From Patescibacteria group bacterium UBA3466 (GTDB lineage Bacteria > Patescibacteriota > Minisyncoccia > Phycocordibacterales > UBA918), in NCBI GenBank assembly GCA_002378195.1, contig DFRJ01000004.1:25073-89072 (forward strand): a DNA stretch of 64,000 nucleotides. The letters run 5' to 3'. The position numbers were made by a program, and so were the translations under genes. Under the pieces are notes generated by a model. The model saw nothing but the letters and a program-made list of their open reading frames with translations. It was not told the DNA's origin and did no database searches. This document shows positions 47,827-57,834 of this stretch, in pieces; the first letter of the stretch is position 1; every line of letters starts with the position of its first letter.

Positions 47827-48561
47827 TTACAACTCATCAAAAACGTCAACCATCGCGCTCCTGAAGTTTTCAGCCGTTTGTTTACAATAGGGATTATATT
47901 GATAGATATCTTTAAACAACACCTTGTCATCCTTTACACTATCTACGGCATCCATCAAAAACTGGAAAGCCAGAGTATCAATCTCCGTGCGCTTTGTATC
48001 CGTCTTGGCCACTGCCTCTGATATGTAGTGAGTAATAAATAAAGTCTCAGCTAAATTTTTATCGTGTTCGTCTGGCGTCATTTCGATAATATCAAAACCA
48101 AATTTAGAGAACTTAGTCTTCAGCATCTGGTAGGTATCGTTCTTTAGAGCGTAGTCAGTCGCAACAATCTTAAAATCTTTAATTTTCCCACCTGTTTTAG
48201 CCAAACTAGAAGCACCAAACATCGGGTGGATAGAGATAAACTTTTTGCCCTGACAATATTTTTGGCATAGTTCACTTGTGTAAACTTTTGCCGCTGCCAC
48301 ATCAACAAAAATTGTATTTGGTAATGCGTGTTTTAATATTTCCTGCATCCTTTCTTCATACTCAGATATTTTTGCACATAAAAAAACCACATCTGCCTGA
48401 GCCACCTCTTTTAAATCAAAAAACTTTTTCCCGTCAGTCGGAAAGCGTCGGGAATTTATTTTGAATTCTATTTCGGAAAAAAACTGCTGACCTAGCTTGT
48501 ATACAAAAGAACCAAAATTACCGTATCCGACTATTCCAACAGTGCTAATCATAATTAACAA
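47827..48561 (-). CDS. Prephenate/arogenate dehydrogenase-family NAD(P)-dependent dehydrogenase
   Basis: GIVGYGNFGSFV Rossmann motif and ISIHPMFG (GGHPMAG-like) motif. Confidence 0.5.
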   Translation of the reverse strand: MLIMISTVGIVGYGNFGSFVYKLGQQFFSEIEFKINSRRFPTDGKKFFDLKEVAQADVVFLCAKISEYEERMQEILKHALPNTIFVDVAAAKVYTSELCQKYCQGKKFISIHPMFGASSLAKTGGKIKDFKIVATDYALKNDTYQMLKTKFSKFGFDIIEMTPDEHDKNLAETLFITHYISEAVAKTDTKRTEIDTLAFQFLMDAVDSVKDDKVLFKDIYQYNPYCKQTAENFRSAMVDVFDEL

Positions 48562-49102
48562 ACTTTAAAAACTCATCAATTGAAACTGCCAATTCTTCCA
48601 GCGAGCCGTTATTCATAATGGTAAAATCTGCCGCCGCAATTACCTTGGCCTTCTGCATCCCATTTGGATCAGGGTCGTTCATTTCTAACTCTTCATGTGC
48701 CACAAATTCCTCATAAGTGACTTGATCTGAACTAGATTTACGTCCAGTAATACGATCATATCTAAGTTTGGTGTCAGCATCAACCGCTAACAGAATGCCT
48801 CCTTCAGCTTTTAGGGTATCTGCTTCTGCTGTAGTGCGGATAGATTCAATAATCACATCACCGGCCTCTTCCTCTTCCATCTTATTTAAATAATATGTCA
48901 CCAAAAAATCTTTACCGTGTACCGAACGCATTTCGTTAGCAACCAAGCGCATGTTCTCTCGATTACTCTCGATCCCTCTTTTAACAAACTCGTCTTCCCA
49001 AATTGCCCGAGCGGAAAAATGCGTGAAATTTTTTTCACCAACCAGGTACTCCACAACTGCCCCCTTGCCCGCTCCGTCTGTACCAGTAATTCCGATTAAC
49101 AT
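48545..49102 (-). CDS. P-loop nucleoside-monophosphate-kinase-like protein
   Basis: MLIGITGTDGAGKGAVV Walker A of the GxxGxGKG kinase type, 185 aa. Specific substrate not assignable. Confidence 0.4.
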   Translation of the reverse strand: MLIGITGTDGAGKGAVVEYLVGEKNFTHFSARAIWEDEFVKRGIESNRENMRLVANEMRSVHGKDFLVTYYLNKMEEEEAGDVIIESIRTTAEADTLKAEGGILLAVDADTKLRYDRITGRKSSSDQVTYEEFVAHEELEMNDPDPNGMQKAKVIAAADFTIMNNGSLEELAVSIDEFLKFVNYD

Positions 49103-49104
49103 AA

Positions 49105-50130
49105 TTAGGTCTCAACTTCTTTACGAGCTTTATAATTTGCATAAGTCACTACCAGTGGGCTGGCGATACAGATGGAAGAATAAGTTCCGGCTAACACGCC
49201 GGCAAACAAGATCAGGGCAAAGGTCTGAGTCACTGAGCCGCCGAGGAAAAACAGAGCGGCTAGAGTAACCAAAGTTGTGATAGACGTATTGATAGATCGA
49301 GCCAAAGTTTCTTGCACAGCTGATCCAACAATTTCGTCGTATGGCTTGTTGAGAGTGTAAGTGACCTCCTCTTTTACAATACCCGCTTCTTGTATCTCTT
49401 TTTTATGTTCGGTTCGATTATTTACCAGATTTTCTCGCACTCGATCAAACACCACGATAGTGTCATTGACTGAGTAACCCAATACGGCCAGAAGTGCCAT
49501 CACAAACAAGACATCAACTTCGACACCAAACAAATATCCAAGCACTGACATTAAAGCAGTCGGCACAATGACATCGTGAATCAAAACTAAAATAGTAATA
49601 CCGCCGTACGCCCATGAACTTACCGGTTTACCAATACCTGAGAAAGCGAACGCTACGTAAATTACGATAATAGACACCACTCCAAAAATAGCCCAACCTG
49701 CCTTATCTCGGAGTTCCTGTCCAATTACCGGCCCAATTGATGTAAAGCGTGTTACCTCTCCCCCTTCACCTAAAGCAACGACGACACCTTGCACAGACTC
49801 TCTTTCTGGCTCGGTCAAATCTCTAGTCCTAATAAGATAAGCTTCGCGATCCACATCATCAATTGACTCACGAACTGAGATACCGCCAAGCTCAAGTGCG
49901 GCCAAAGCTTCTTCGACTTCCACTTTCTCTGGTGCTGTTTCGTAAGCCACTTCAGTAAGTGAACCGCCTGTGAAATCAATACCAAGGTTAAGGCCCAGAG
50001 TAGCCACCAACAAAATACTCACCGCCATTACAGCTGTCGCGATGGTGAGAAAGATTTTTTTGTGAGTAATTGCAAACATATTATTTTTTCGCTTTGTTAG
50101 AACTGTCGCCAGTTTTGATGCCACATCCAA
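49105..50130 (-). CDS. secF: Protein translocase subunit SecF
   Basis: GIDFTGGS motif after TM1, a 6-TM RND-like C-terminal half, immediately downstream of secD. Confidence 0.85.
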   Translation of the reverse strand: MDVASKLATVLTKRKNNMFAITHKKIFLTIATAVMAVSILLVATLGLNLGIDFTGGSLTEVAYETAPEKVEVEEALAALELGGISVRESIDDVDREAYLIRTRDLTEPERESVQGVVVALGEGGEVTRFTSIGPVIGQELRDKAGWAIFGVVSIIVIYVAFAFSGIGKPVSSWAYGGITILVLIHDVIVPTALMSVLGYLFGVEVDVLFVMALLAVLGYSVNDTIVVFDRVRENLVNNRTEHKKEIQEAGIVKEEVTYTLNKPYDEIVGSAVQETLARSINTSITTLVTLAALFFLGGSVTQTFALILFAGVLAGTYSSICIASPLVVTYANYKARKEVET

Positions 50131-51568
50131 TTAGCTTAGCCATCAATGTTCCTTGCCTCTCTTTTACGTCTGGCAGCATCAGCAATAAAGTTCTAGTAAT
50201 TACCAGGGCTGAAAACATAGATACGATAATTCCGATCCCAAACACTAGAGCAAACCCCTTCACCATTGAGGTTCCGAACCAAAACAAAATAATAGCAGAA
50301 AGTAAGCTGGTGATATTACCGTCTCTAATGGCACTCCAAGCGCGCTTGAAGCCTGAAAAGGCTGCTTCTCGACTAGACAGCCCGCTACGGTACTCTTCCT
50401 TCATTCTTTCAAATACCAACACATTTGCATCTACCGCCATCCCGAGAGAAAGCACAAAACCAGCCAACCCAGCGGCAGTTAAGGTGACTGGTATTAGTTG
50501 GAATAAGGCCAACATAATAGTTATGTAAGACAACAGCGCTACTCCTGCAACCAGTCCTGGCAATCGATACCAAGCGACCATAAACAGCAACACCAATGAC
50601 AAGCCAAACACCCCAGCCTTTACGCCACTTTGTAACACTTCTTCACCCAACGAAGCGCCGACCGTCTGCGTACTCTGCAATTCAATCGGCAAAGGTAGGG
50701 CCCCGAAGCTTAGATTCTGCGCCAACTCGCGAGCAGTCTCTGGCGTAAAGCTACCAGAAATAATCGCTGTACCACCCACAATTGGCTCATTTATGACCGG
50801 TGCGGACAGAAGGTCACCATCGAGAAAAATACCTAACTGCTCTCCTACGTTGTCTCGTGTAATTTGTGCAAATAGTTTTGATCCTTCGGGTGTAAACCGG
50901 ACAGACACTAGTGGCTCACCCGCCACTCGCCCGCTTTGCTGACCGGCAAACTCAAGCATGGCAGTCTCAAGATAACGACCAGTCAAACCAGTATCTTCAA
51001 AGGGGTACTCTTCATCTGAAACCGATTCGCCATTGATAGTTACATTATCAATCGAAATAGTAGAAGAGCTGCTGTCTTCAGATTCTGACAGTGAGCTCAG
51101 ACTAGCGATTGCTGCTTGCTGTTCAGCCAGTTCCTCTGAATACAACTTAAACTCTAATAGCGGCGTACGGCCAATTTCTGCTACTGCCTCCCCGACATCT
51201 GTTACCCCTGGCAGTTCTACCACCAATCTCTCAGTAGCCGTTTCACTAACCGCGCTACTACTTTCCACTTGTACAATTGGTTCAGATACACCGAAAATAT
51301 TCACCCGCCTCTCAATCACATCACGAAGCACGTTCATCAGCTCGTCTACTTCTGTTGGTTCGACTCCAGAAGTATCAGCTACGTACACTAAGTGCGAGCC
51401 CCCAGCCAGATCTAGTCCGAGTTTGAAGGGATTGGCTGAGTCTGGATCGGTGGCGTTCTGGTAGACTGTCATTGCCAGCCAAGTCAAAACTCCCACCAAC
51501 AACAAACCACGAAACCACCTCACGATCGACTGAGTTTGTTCTGCTGTAACTTGTTCGGAGTCTGACAT
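50081..51568 (-). CDS. secD: Protein translocase subunit SecD
   Basis: N-terminal TM, periplasmic domain, LGLDLAGGS, C-terminal 6-TM bundle. Overlaps the secF start. Confidence 0.85.
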   Translation of the reverse strand: MSDSEQVTAEQTQSIVRWFRGLLLVGVLTWLAMTVYQNATDPDSANPFKLGLDLAGGSHLVYVADTSGVEPTEVDELMNVLRDVIERRVNIFGVSEPIVQVESSSAVSETATERLVVELPGVTDVGEAVAEIGRTPLLEFKLYSEELAEQQAAIASLSSLSESEDSSSSTISIDNVTINGESVSDEEYPFEDTGLTGRYLETAMLEFAGQQSGRVAGEPLVSVRFTPEGSKLFAQITRDNVGEQLGIFLDGDLLSAPVINEPIVGGTAIISGSFTPETARELAQNLSFGALPLPIELQSTQTVGASLGEEVLQSGVKAGVFGLSLVLLFMVAWYRLPGLVAGVALLSYITIMLALFQLIPVTLTAAGLAGFVLSLGMAVDANVLVFERMKEEYRSGLSSREAAFSGFKRAWSAIRDGNITSLLSAIILFWFGTSMVKGFALVFGIGIIVSMFSALVITRTLLLMLPDVKERQGTLMAKLIGCGIKTGDSSNKAKK

Positions 51569-51642
51569 ATTTATGTAGATACTTTTATACCATAGGTACC
51601 GCTATTCAACACGCTATTCATACCTATTTTATGTTTTATATT

Positions 51643-52428
51643 TTACTTTACCAGCGCCACCAAATTCTTCAGCAAATAAGCCACAGTGATCGGACCAATC
51701 CCACCAGGAACCGGTGTTACCAATGCCGCTTTTGATACCACTGCCGGACTTACATCCCCGACCAACTCTCCACCATCCTCGGAGGTGCCGGCGTCAAAAA
51801 TAACCACCCCACTTTTAACGTCATCATAATCAATCAGGTTTGGCACCCCTACTCCACTGATAATAATATCGGCCTCAGCTAATTGACTGCTATCAAAATT
51901 TTCTTTATTAAAAATAGATACGACTGACCCTCTCTGCTTGGCATACTGAATAGCTGGCACTCCTACCAACCTGCCCTCACCAATGATTGCCACTTGTTTC
52001 CCTGCCCACTCAACACCATAGCGGAGACTGATCTCATCAATAGCACCGATCACTGGTGAAAGACAGGCACCTTTTTCTCCATAACGAAAACCGTCCGGGT
52101 CTTTTTCTAACGGCACTGCCGCCAATACCTCATCTCGGTCTACTTTGGGCGGTAATGGCAACTGCACCACGATACCATCTGTCTCTTTGGCAACCTGACT
52201 AATACAGTCAATGAAATCGTCAGTACTAGATTCAGACGGCATCTCAATAACGTTGAGATGAATACCCACCGAAGCGGCTTTTTGCTTCTTCATGTCTAAA
52301 TATTTTTGCGTCTCAAAATTGGGCGCACAAGTAATAGCAGCCAACTTTAGAGGTCGTTCTAATCTTGATACCGCCTCGGACACTTGCATTGTCAAATCAG
52401 AAGCGATTTTCTTACCTTCTACCAACAT
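51643..52428 (-). CDS. folD: Bifunctional 5,10-methylene-THF dehydrogenase/cyclohydrolase
   Basis: GKQVAIIGEGRLVGVPAIQ, ADIIISGVGVPNLI and PVPGGIGPITVAYLLKN. Probable start MLVEGKK at 52428; the ORF track extends to 52458 with a non-ATG codon. Confidence 0.85.
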   Translation of the reverse strand: MLVEGKKIASDLTMQVSEAVSRLERPLKLAAITCAPNFETQKYLDMKKQKAASVGIHLNVIEMPSESSTDDFIDCISQVAKETDGIVVQLPLPPKVDRDEVLAAVPLEKDPDGFRYGEKGACLSPVIGAIDEISLRYGVEWAGKQVAIIGEGRLVGVPAIQYAKQRGSVVSIFNKENFDSSQLAEADIIISGVGVPNLIDYDDVKSGVVIFDAGTSEDGGELVGDVSPAVVSKAALVTPVPGGIGPITVAYLLKNLVALVK

Positions 52429-52489
52429 GATGTGACGAGTATAACAAATTAACTCCAAACCAAAAGAGCAACCGGGCTTGAAGTATTAC

Positions 52490-53842
52490 TTAAGTGCCAG
52501 TCCGCATGATGATGGTAGACAAGGTTTTTATAGCAATCTGAATATCAAGCAGAAGAGACCTTCGCTCCAAGTAGAACAGATCGTAGGACAGTTTAGAAAT
52601 AGTTCGCTCTACATCCACCCCACCACGCGGCACATCGTAATTATTAATCTGCGCCCAGCCAGACAAACCAGGCTTCAAAAAATGTCTGGTGTTGTAATAC
52701 GGAATCTCTTTTGTATATACATCCACCAGCGCTGGCATTTCTGGTCGAGGACCAATGAAAGACAAATCACCCTTTAGCACATTAAATAATTGAGGTAGTT
52801 CATCTAAGCGAGTTTTGCGTAAAAAAATTCCCACCTTCGTATCTACCAAATCGCTCTTCAGTGCCTGACTGCCGACATCAGCGCCATTTTTAGTGCGAAA
52901 TTTATAGATAGTAATTGGCACTCCGAACTGACCGATACGCTTAGTGGTATAAAACAACTGGCCTCGGTCTTCAATTTTAATAGCTGCCGCTACAAACGGT
53001 AGCGCCAAAGCTGCCGGTATGGCTAAAGCAATCGCTCCACATATATCAATAGTCCGTTTGACGACATCGTAAATCGCGGTCTTAGATTGTGAAATATTGG
53101 TAATAAACCACTCATACTGCAGCATGGAGACTGGCACACGATCAAACGTATCTTCATACAATCGATTGAAGTCTAAAAATGTAAAAGCAAAATGCAAAAA
53201 CGACAGATCAAACAGAACTGGAAGGAAATTTTTAATCGAATCACCTCTTGGGTCTACCACAACTAACTCAATTTTTTCTCGCTCCATCAATGATAAAATC
53301 TTTTGTTCAAAATTTTCTGTCGACTTAATCACCTCTTCATCAATAATGCGGGTAAAATAATAATTATATCGGTCGTTATTATTTATTTCGTCAGTCAATT
53401 CAATCGCCTCTTTTCCATCTGCAATCAAAATCGCTTTATGCCTCTGCTTAGCAGACAGTAATGGCACCAACCTGATCCTCCACACGGTCAGAAGTAAAAT
53501 TGAAATAACCAAATAAATGATTAGGTTGGTTTTTGGTGTGATTCCAAAAGGCAAAATGAAGAATAATATTCCGGCCACCACCACATTAATTAGTTGGGCT
53601 TGTAGAATTTTTGAGACTAGAGATTTCTTAAGAAAATTGGTGTGCTTATCATAAAGTCCGGAGATAAAGAAAATCACTAACCAAACTGCTGAGAAAGTTA
53701 AAAATGGTGGAACATGATTATCCAAACGCTCAACTGTCGGCAATTCAAAATAACGTAAAAACAGCGTCATCCACAGCGCCAAGTTAAATACGATTATGTC
53801 TCCTGCTATCAGGATAAAGAGTTCTCTGGCTCTTTCACCCAT
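52490..53842 (-). CDS. Polyprenyl-phosphate sugar-1-phosphate transferase (bacterial sugar transferase, WbaP/WcaJ-like initiating enzyme)
   Basis: Four N-terminal TM helices and a C-terminal catalytic domain KRTIDICGAIALAI..IYKFRTK..LDELPQLFNVLKGDLSFIGPRP (PF02397 signature). Confidence 0.85.
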   Translation of the reverse strand: MGERARELFILIAGDIIVFNLALWMTLFLRYFELPTVERLDNHVPPFLTFSAVWLVIFFISGLYDKHTNFLKKSLVSKILQAQLINVVVAGILFFILPFGITPKTNLIIYLVISILLLTVWRIRLVPLLSAKQRHKAILIADGKEAIELTDEINNNDRYNYYFTRIIDEEVIKSTENFEQKILSLMEREKIELVVVDPRGDSIKNFLPVLFDLSFLHFAFTFLDFNRLYEDTFDRVPVSMLQYEWFITNISQSKTAIYDVVKRTIDICGAIALAIPAALALPFVAAAIKIEDRGQLFYTTKRIGQFGVPITIYKFRTKNGADVGSQALKSDLVDTKVGIFLRKTRLDELPQLFNVLKGDLSFIGPRPEMPALVDVYTKEIPYYNTRHFLKPGLSGWAQINNYDVPRGGVDVERTISKLSYDLFYLERRSLLLDIQIAIKTLSTIIMRTGT

Positions 53843-54078
53843 AATTTAAATATTGTGCCTAAATCCTACCTGAGATCGTTCGAATAGCAAGCCTAAATAG
53901 GTAGGTGATAGCTATCTATCTAACTATTTATCAATATATTATGTTACAACTAATAAACCATGGCAGAAAAACCGTCTATCTTATATCTTATTACCAAGAG
54001 TAACTGCGGGCTGAGAAGACGTGGGGCGCCTTCTCAGTTGTACACCCCAGTTGCCACCAACCCAGTAACACAAGCAAT

Positions 54079-55230
54079 ATGACAAGCCAGGATCGAACAA
54101 GCATTTTGTACCTTATTACCAAGAGCAACTGGGGTGGCGCGCAAAAATATGTTTTTGATCTAGCGGTCGCTGCGAAAGCACAAGGGTACGAAGTATCCGT
54201 AGCGTGCGGCATGAGCGAATTCGACAGCGCACAGCCAGGTCCGCTGGTCGCAAAACTTAGACAACAAGGCATCCCGGTGCATTTTGTTTCCAGCTTCAAT
54301 AGAGATATTTCTATTTTTAATGATTTCAGAGCTTGTTTTGAAATCATATCTCTGATCAGAAAAATAAAACCGGACGTATTACACATCAACAGCTCAAAGG
54401 CTGGCGGGATCGGTGCTTTGGCTGGACGACTCACTCGGTTACCAAAAATTATCTTTACCTCGCACGGCCTCCCTTCCGATGAAACCTGGCGCCCAGCTTG
54501 GCAAATAAAACTTATACGACTAGCCACTTGGCTGACTATCGTTTTGTCGCACCACATCATTACTATTTCTACTCCTAATTTTAATGAATTAAAAAGTATC
54601 CGTGGAGCCACCAATAAACTAAGCCTGATTCACAACGGAGTGTCTGCTGTAGCGTTTATTGATAAAGCCAAGGCTAGAAAAGAATTAGCTCCCCAGGTTC
54701 CGCCACGCGCTTTCTGGTTTGGCGGTATTGGAGAGTTGTGTGAAAACAAAAACTGGTCGGCAGCTATCAAGGCGGTGTCAGCCCTACCAGACAAAATACA
54801 CCTAGTAATAGTTGGTGAGGGCGACCAAAGAACGGAACTAGAAAAACTGATTATTAAACTTAATCTGTCAGACCGGGTACATTTATTGGGCTTTGTCGAC
54901 GCGGCCAAATATATTCAGGCCTTTGATGTATTTATTTTACCCTCAAAAAAAGAGGGTCTGCCCTACGTACTACTGGAAGCCGGGATGGCCAGTCTAGCGG
55001 TAGTGGCGAGTGATTTGCCAGGTAATCGCGATATTATTGAATCAGGTCAGAGCGGTTTTTTAATCACTCCCACCCCTGAACTTATAAGCACTACCGTGCA
55101 TATGCTGTTTCGGGACGAAGGCATGCGCCGTAGTATTGGTGAACAACTTAGAGAAACTATCGATCATAAATTCTCAACCAAGGAAATGCTACAAAAAACC
55201 TTGGCGCTCTACTCTTCTAACAAATCTTGA
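54079..55230 (+). CDS. Glycosyltransferase family 4
   Basis: DVFILPSKKEGLPYVLLEAGMASLAVVASDLPGNRDII. Its 3' end overlaps the convergent SEDS gene by 22 nt. Confidence 0.75.
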   Translation: MTSQDRTSILYLITKSNWGGAQKYVFDLAVAAKAQGYEVSVACGMSEFDSAQPGPLVAKLRQQGIPVHFVSSFNRDISIFNDFRACFEIISLIRKIKPDVLHINSSKAGGIGALAGRLTRLPKIIFTSHGLPSDETWRPAWQIKLIRLATWLTIVLSHHIITISTPNFNELKSIRGATNKLSLIHNGVSAVAFIDKAKARKELAPQVPPRAFWFGGIGELCENKNWSAAIKAVSALPDKIHLVIVGEGDQRTELEKLIIKLNLSDRVHLLGFVDAAKYIQAFDVFILPSKKEGLPYVLLEAGMASLAVVASDLPGNRDIIESGQSGFLITPTPELISTTVHMLFRDEGMRRSIGEQLRETIDHKFSTKEMLQKTLALYSSNKS

Positions 55231-56375
55231 GCTTGGTATGTAATGGGAGCATAGCGACCCATCCCCATCACCATACCGATAGCCAAAAACTCGGTGATTA
55301 AGTGAGTTCCGCCGTAACTCAAAAACGGAATCGTGGTTCCGGTGACCGGCAACAAACCAATGTTCATACCGATATGAACAAAAAAGTGCGCCACTAGAAG
55401 CATGCACACGCCCGAAGCAAATAGTCGTTCAAAGTTTGTGTCACCATTAACGGCATGGCGTAACAACCGAAAAACCACTACTCCGAACAAAGAAAATAAC
55501 AAAATAACCCCCAACATACCCCACTCTTCGGCAAAGGCAGCGAAAATAAAGTCTGTCTCGTACTCTGGCAAGAACAGAAGCTTTGACTGAGTACCAAACC
55601 CGATCCCCTTGCCCAGCAATTCTCCTGAGCCGATAGCCACGGTAGACTGATAGGCGTTATACCCCGCCCCTTGAATATCAGACAAAGGATCCAGAAAAGT
55701 AGCGATTCTTTCCTTTTGATAATCAAAAAACACAAACTGCCACATTAATCCAAACACCAGTGATCCAAGCAAAAACACTGTGACTAAATGTCTTAGCTTA
55801 ATACCAGAAACCAAAACCATTCCCAGCCAAACAAAAAATAGAATCACGGCCGATCCAAAGTCTGGCTGAATAAAGACCAAACCAAAAATTGCTAAGGCGT
55901 AAATGCCCGAGATTATAATATGGCGAAAGTCACCGATTAGCTCATGGCGCTTGGCAAAATATTTAGCCAAGACGATTATCAAAACTAGCTTAGCGGGCTC
56001 CGAAGGCTGGAAGGAAAAAGCCCCTAAGTCAAAACGGCTCTGAGCTCCCAAGGTGATCTCACCAAACAAAAGCACCAACACAAGAAGACTCACTGTGATA
56101 ACGAACAATATGAAAGCATTATTCCCCATCCGCAAGAAGCGGTAGTCTGGAATAATAGACAAAAACAGTACCGCGGAAGAAATAGTTATCCAGATAAGCT
56201 GCTGATTAAAAAAAGTATTCTCACCAACATGAGAGTACATAGTTACCAAACCCATCAGCGTCAGACCTAGAACACCCAAAAAAAGTACAATATCAAAACC
56301 AGCAAAGAGTGTCCTGAGTTGCCCCATAATTTGTGTATTGTACTGCAGTTTTAAAACAGACGTAACTTGTCTCAA
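55209..56375 (-). CDS. SEDS-family peptidoglycan glycosyltransferase (RodA/FtsW)
   Basis: 10-TM protein with DFGSAVILFFVWLGMV, GYNAYQSTVAIGSGELLGKGIGFGTQSKL and FLPEYETDFIFAAFAEEWG. Confidence 0.85.
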   Translation of the reverse strand: MRQVTSVLKLQYNTQIMGQLRTLFAGFDIVLFLGVLGLTLMGLVTMYSHVGENTFFNQQLIWITISSAVLFLSIIPDYRFLRMGNNAFILFVITVSLLVLVLLFGEITLGAQSRFDLGAFSFQPSEPAKLVLIIVLAKYFAKRHELIGDFRHIIISGIYALAIFGLVFIQPDFGSAVILFFVWLGMVLVSGIKLRHLVTVFLLGSLVFGLMWQFVFFDYQKERIATFLDPLSDIQGAGYNAYQSTVAIGSGELLGKGIGFGTQSKLLFLPEYETDFIFAAFAEEWGMLGVILLFSLFGVVVFRLLRHAVNGDTNFERLFASGVCMLLVAHFFVHIGMNIGLLPVTGTTIPFLSYGGTHLITEFLAIGMVMGMGRYAPITYQAQDLLEE

Positions 56376-56410
56376 CCTAAGATCGTGACGTAGCCCACTA
56401 ACTAACGTGA

Positions 56411-57796
56411 TTATTTTACCTCAGCAAAATTAACTACTGGCTTGGCAAACACTTCTATCTTAGTTGGCCCCACCTCACACAAATCGGTACTGATTTCGCT
56501 ATAAATACGACTAAGGTCAGCAGCCGAAGGTGCCAAATAGGCATTAGTTGGATCTGAGGCCACCTGTTCGATAAAAGCTTTGTTTACATTATCGCCCAAT
56601 CCAATGGTATAGATTTCTACTCCCCCGTCACTAATCATACTAGCGTCTGCTGCCACAGCTGCCTGCAGCTCCTCTGTGTCTCTGTCATCTGCGGTTGGTA
56701 GGCCGTCAGTTAGAAGTACCAACACCCTACGAGCATTGTCGTTATGGCGCAAAGATGAGAGTTCGACATTTCCCGCCTCAAGAGCTGATTGAGTATTGGT
56801 AAAGCCAGTTTCTTCAGTTGGATCTATCTGCAGCTCAGCCAGCTTGCCAATCACATTAGTTTTATCAGCGCTCAATTCTTGTGCCAGACTAGCGGCTGAA
56901 GCAAAGGTCACCACTCCAATTTGATCAGATTCGTTATTCAAATTATCGACAAAATTAGCCGCGGCCTCAAGCGCTTTCGTGATGGGTTGAGGCGGATCTC
57001 CACCATCGTTATTCATACTTCCTGACAGATCAATCGCCATCACTACATCAGTTGGTACTTCGCAGCTCCGTACGGTTTTTGAAATCGGATTAGGCCAAGT
57101 AAAAACTACGTCTACTGATGACCTTGATCCGATGCTTTCAACATAAGTTTGAGAGGCGGTGACGGCCTGGCCAGCATCGTTAAAAATAGTAGCCACCACC
57201 TCGACATTATTGACCGCCTCCAGCTCATCGTTTGATATTTCGACATTTAGGCGTGGGCGATCATCTACTCCTGACAATTCAATATTACTAGAACGGAACT
57301 GGTTACGATTAAATGACGCTGGCAACCAATAGCCTGACGGCGTAAGCTCCGCCTCGACCCTTACCACTTCCACATCGCTTGCGGTCAGGATGCGCCCCTC
57401 AAAAACTGGCAAAACGGCATTGGGAGGTAAAGCCACCACACCAGAACGCTCCGCCACTACTCGATCTGACTCATCATAAAGTAAAAAGGTATACTCTAAA
57501 TCACTATCCCCTTCGGTTTGATTGGGGTTTTCTATATAGGCGGTCACGTTATATTGACCAGGGTTTATAGCAAAAGCTTCTACCCAAGCCACCTGTGGAG
57601 GCAGCACATCAGCCTGACACACCCGCACGCACTCCCCGCCACAATCAACCCCTCTCTCCAAACCATTCAACACTCCATCAAAACAGTTTGGAGGTTGGTA
57701 GAAATTGGTGTAATACACCAAAGACACCAGCATAAATGTAAACAAGCCAAAGCCAGTGCCGTATTGTACTCTTCGCCAGAAAGCCCAGGTTCTCAT
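56411..57796 (-). CDS. Membrane-anchored von Willebrand factor type A (vWA) domain protein
   Basis: N-terminal TM. MIDAS VVMAIDLSGSMNN ... TNTQSAL ... VLVLLTDGLPT (DxSxS...T...D). The N-terminal about 230 aa form an extra extracellular domain. Confidence 0.7.
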   Translation of the reverse strand: MRTWAFWRRVQYGTGFGLFTFMLVSLVYYTNFYQPPNCFDGVLNGLERGVDCGGECVRVCQADVLPPQVAWVEAFAINPGQYNVTAYIENPNQTEGDSDLEYTFLLYDESDRVVAERSGVVALPPNAVLPVFEGRILTASDVEVVRVEAELTPSGYWLPASFNRNQFRSSNIELSGVDDRPRLNVEISNDELEAVNNVEVVATIFNDAGQAVTASQTYVESIGSRSSVDVVFTWPNPISKTVRSCEVPTDVVMAIDLSGSMNNDGGDPPQPITKALEAAANFVDNLNNESDQIGVVTFASAASLAQELSADKTNVIGKLAELQIDPTEETGFTNTQSALEAGNVELSSLRHNDNARRVLVLLTDGLPTADDRDTEELQAAVAADASMISDGGVEIYTIGLGDNVNKAFIEQVASDPTNAYLAPSAADLSRIYSEISTDLCEVGPTKIEVFAKPVVNFAEVK

Positions 57797-57834
57797 AGAG
57801 ACATTGTATCAGACTATCTTTTTATAATGGTCGT

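Noticed and set aside
53991-54614. 207-aa minus-strand ORF
   Set aside because: It overlaps the well-supported GT4 gene on the other strand and the intergenic promoter region. Its amino-acid composition is unlike a real protein.
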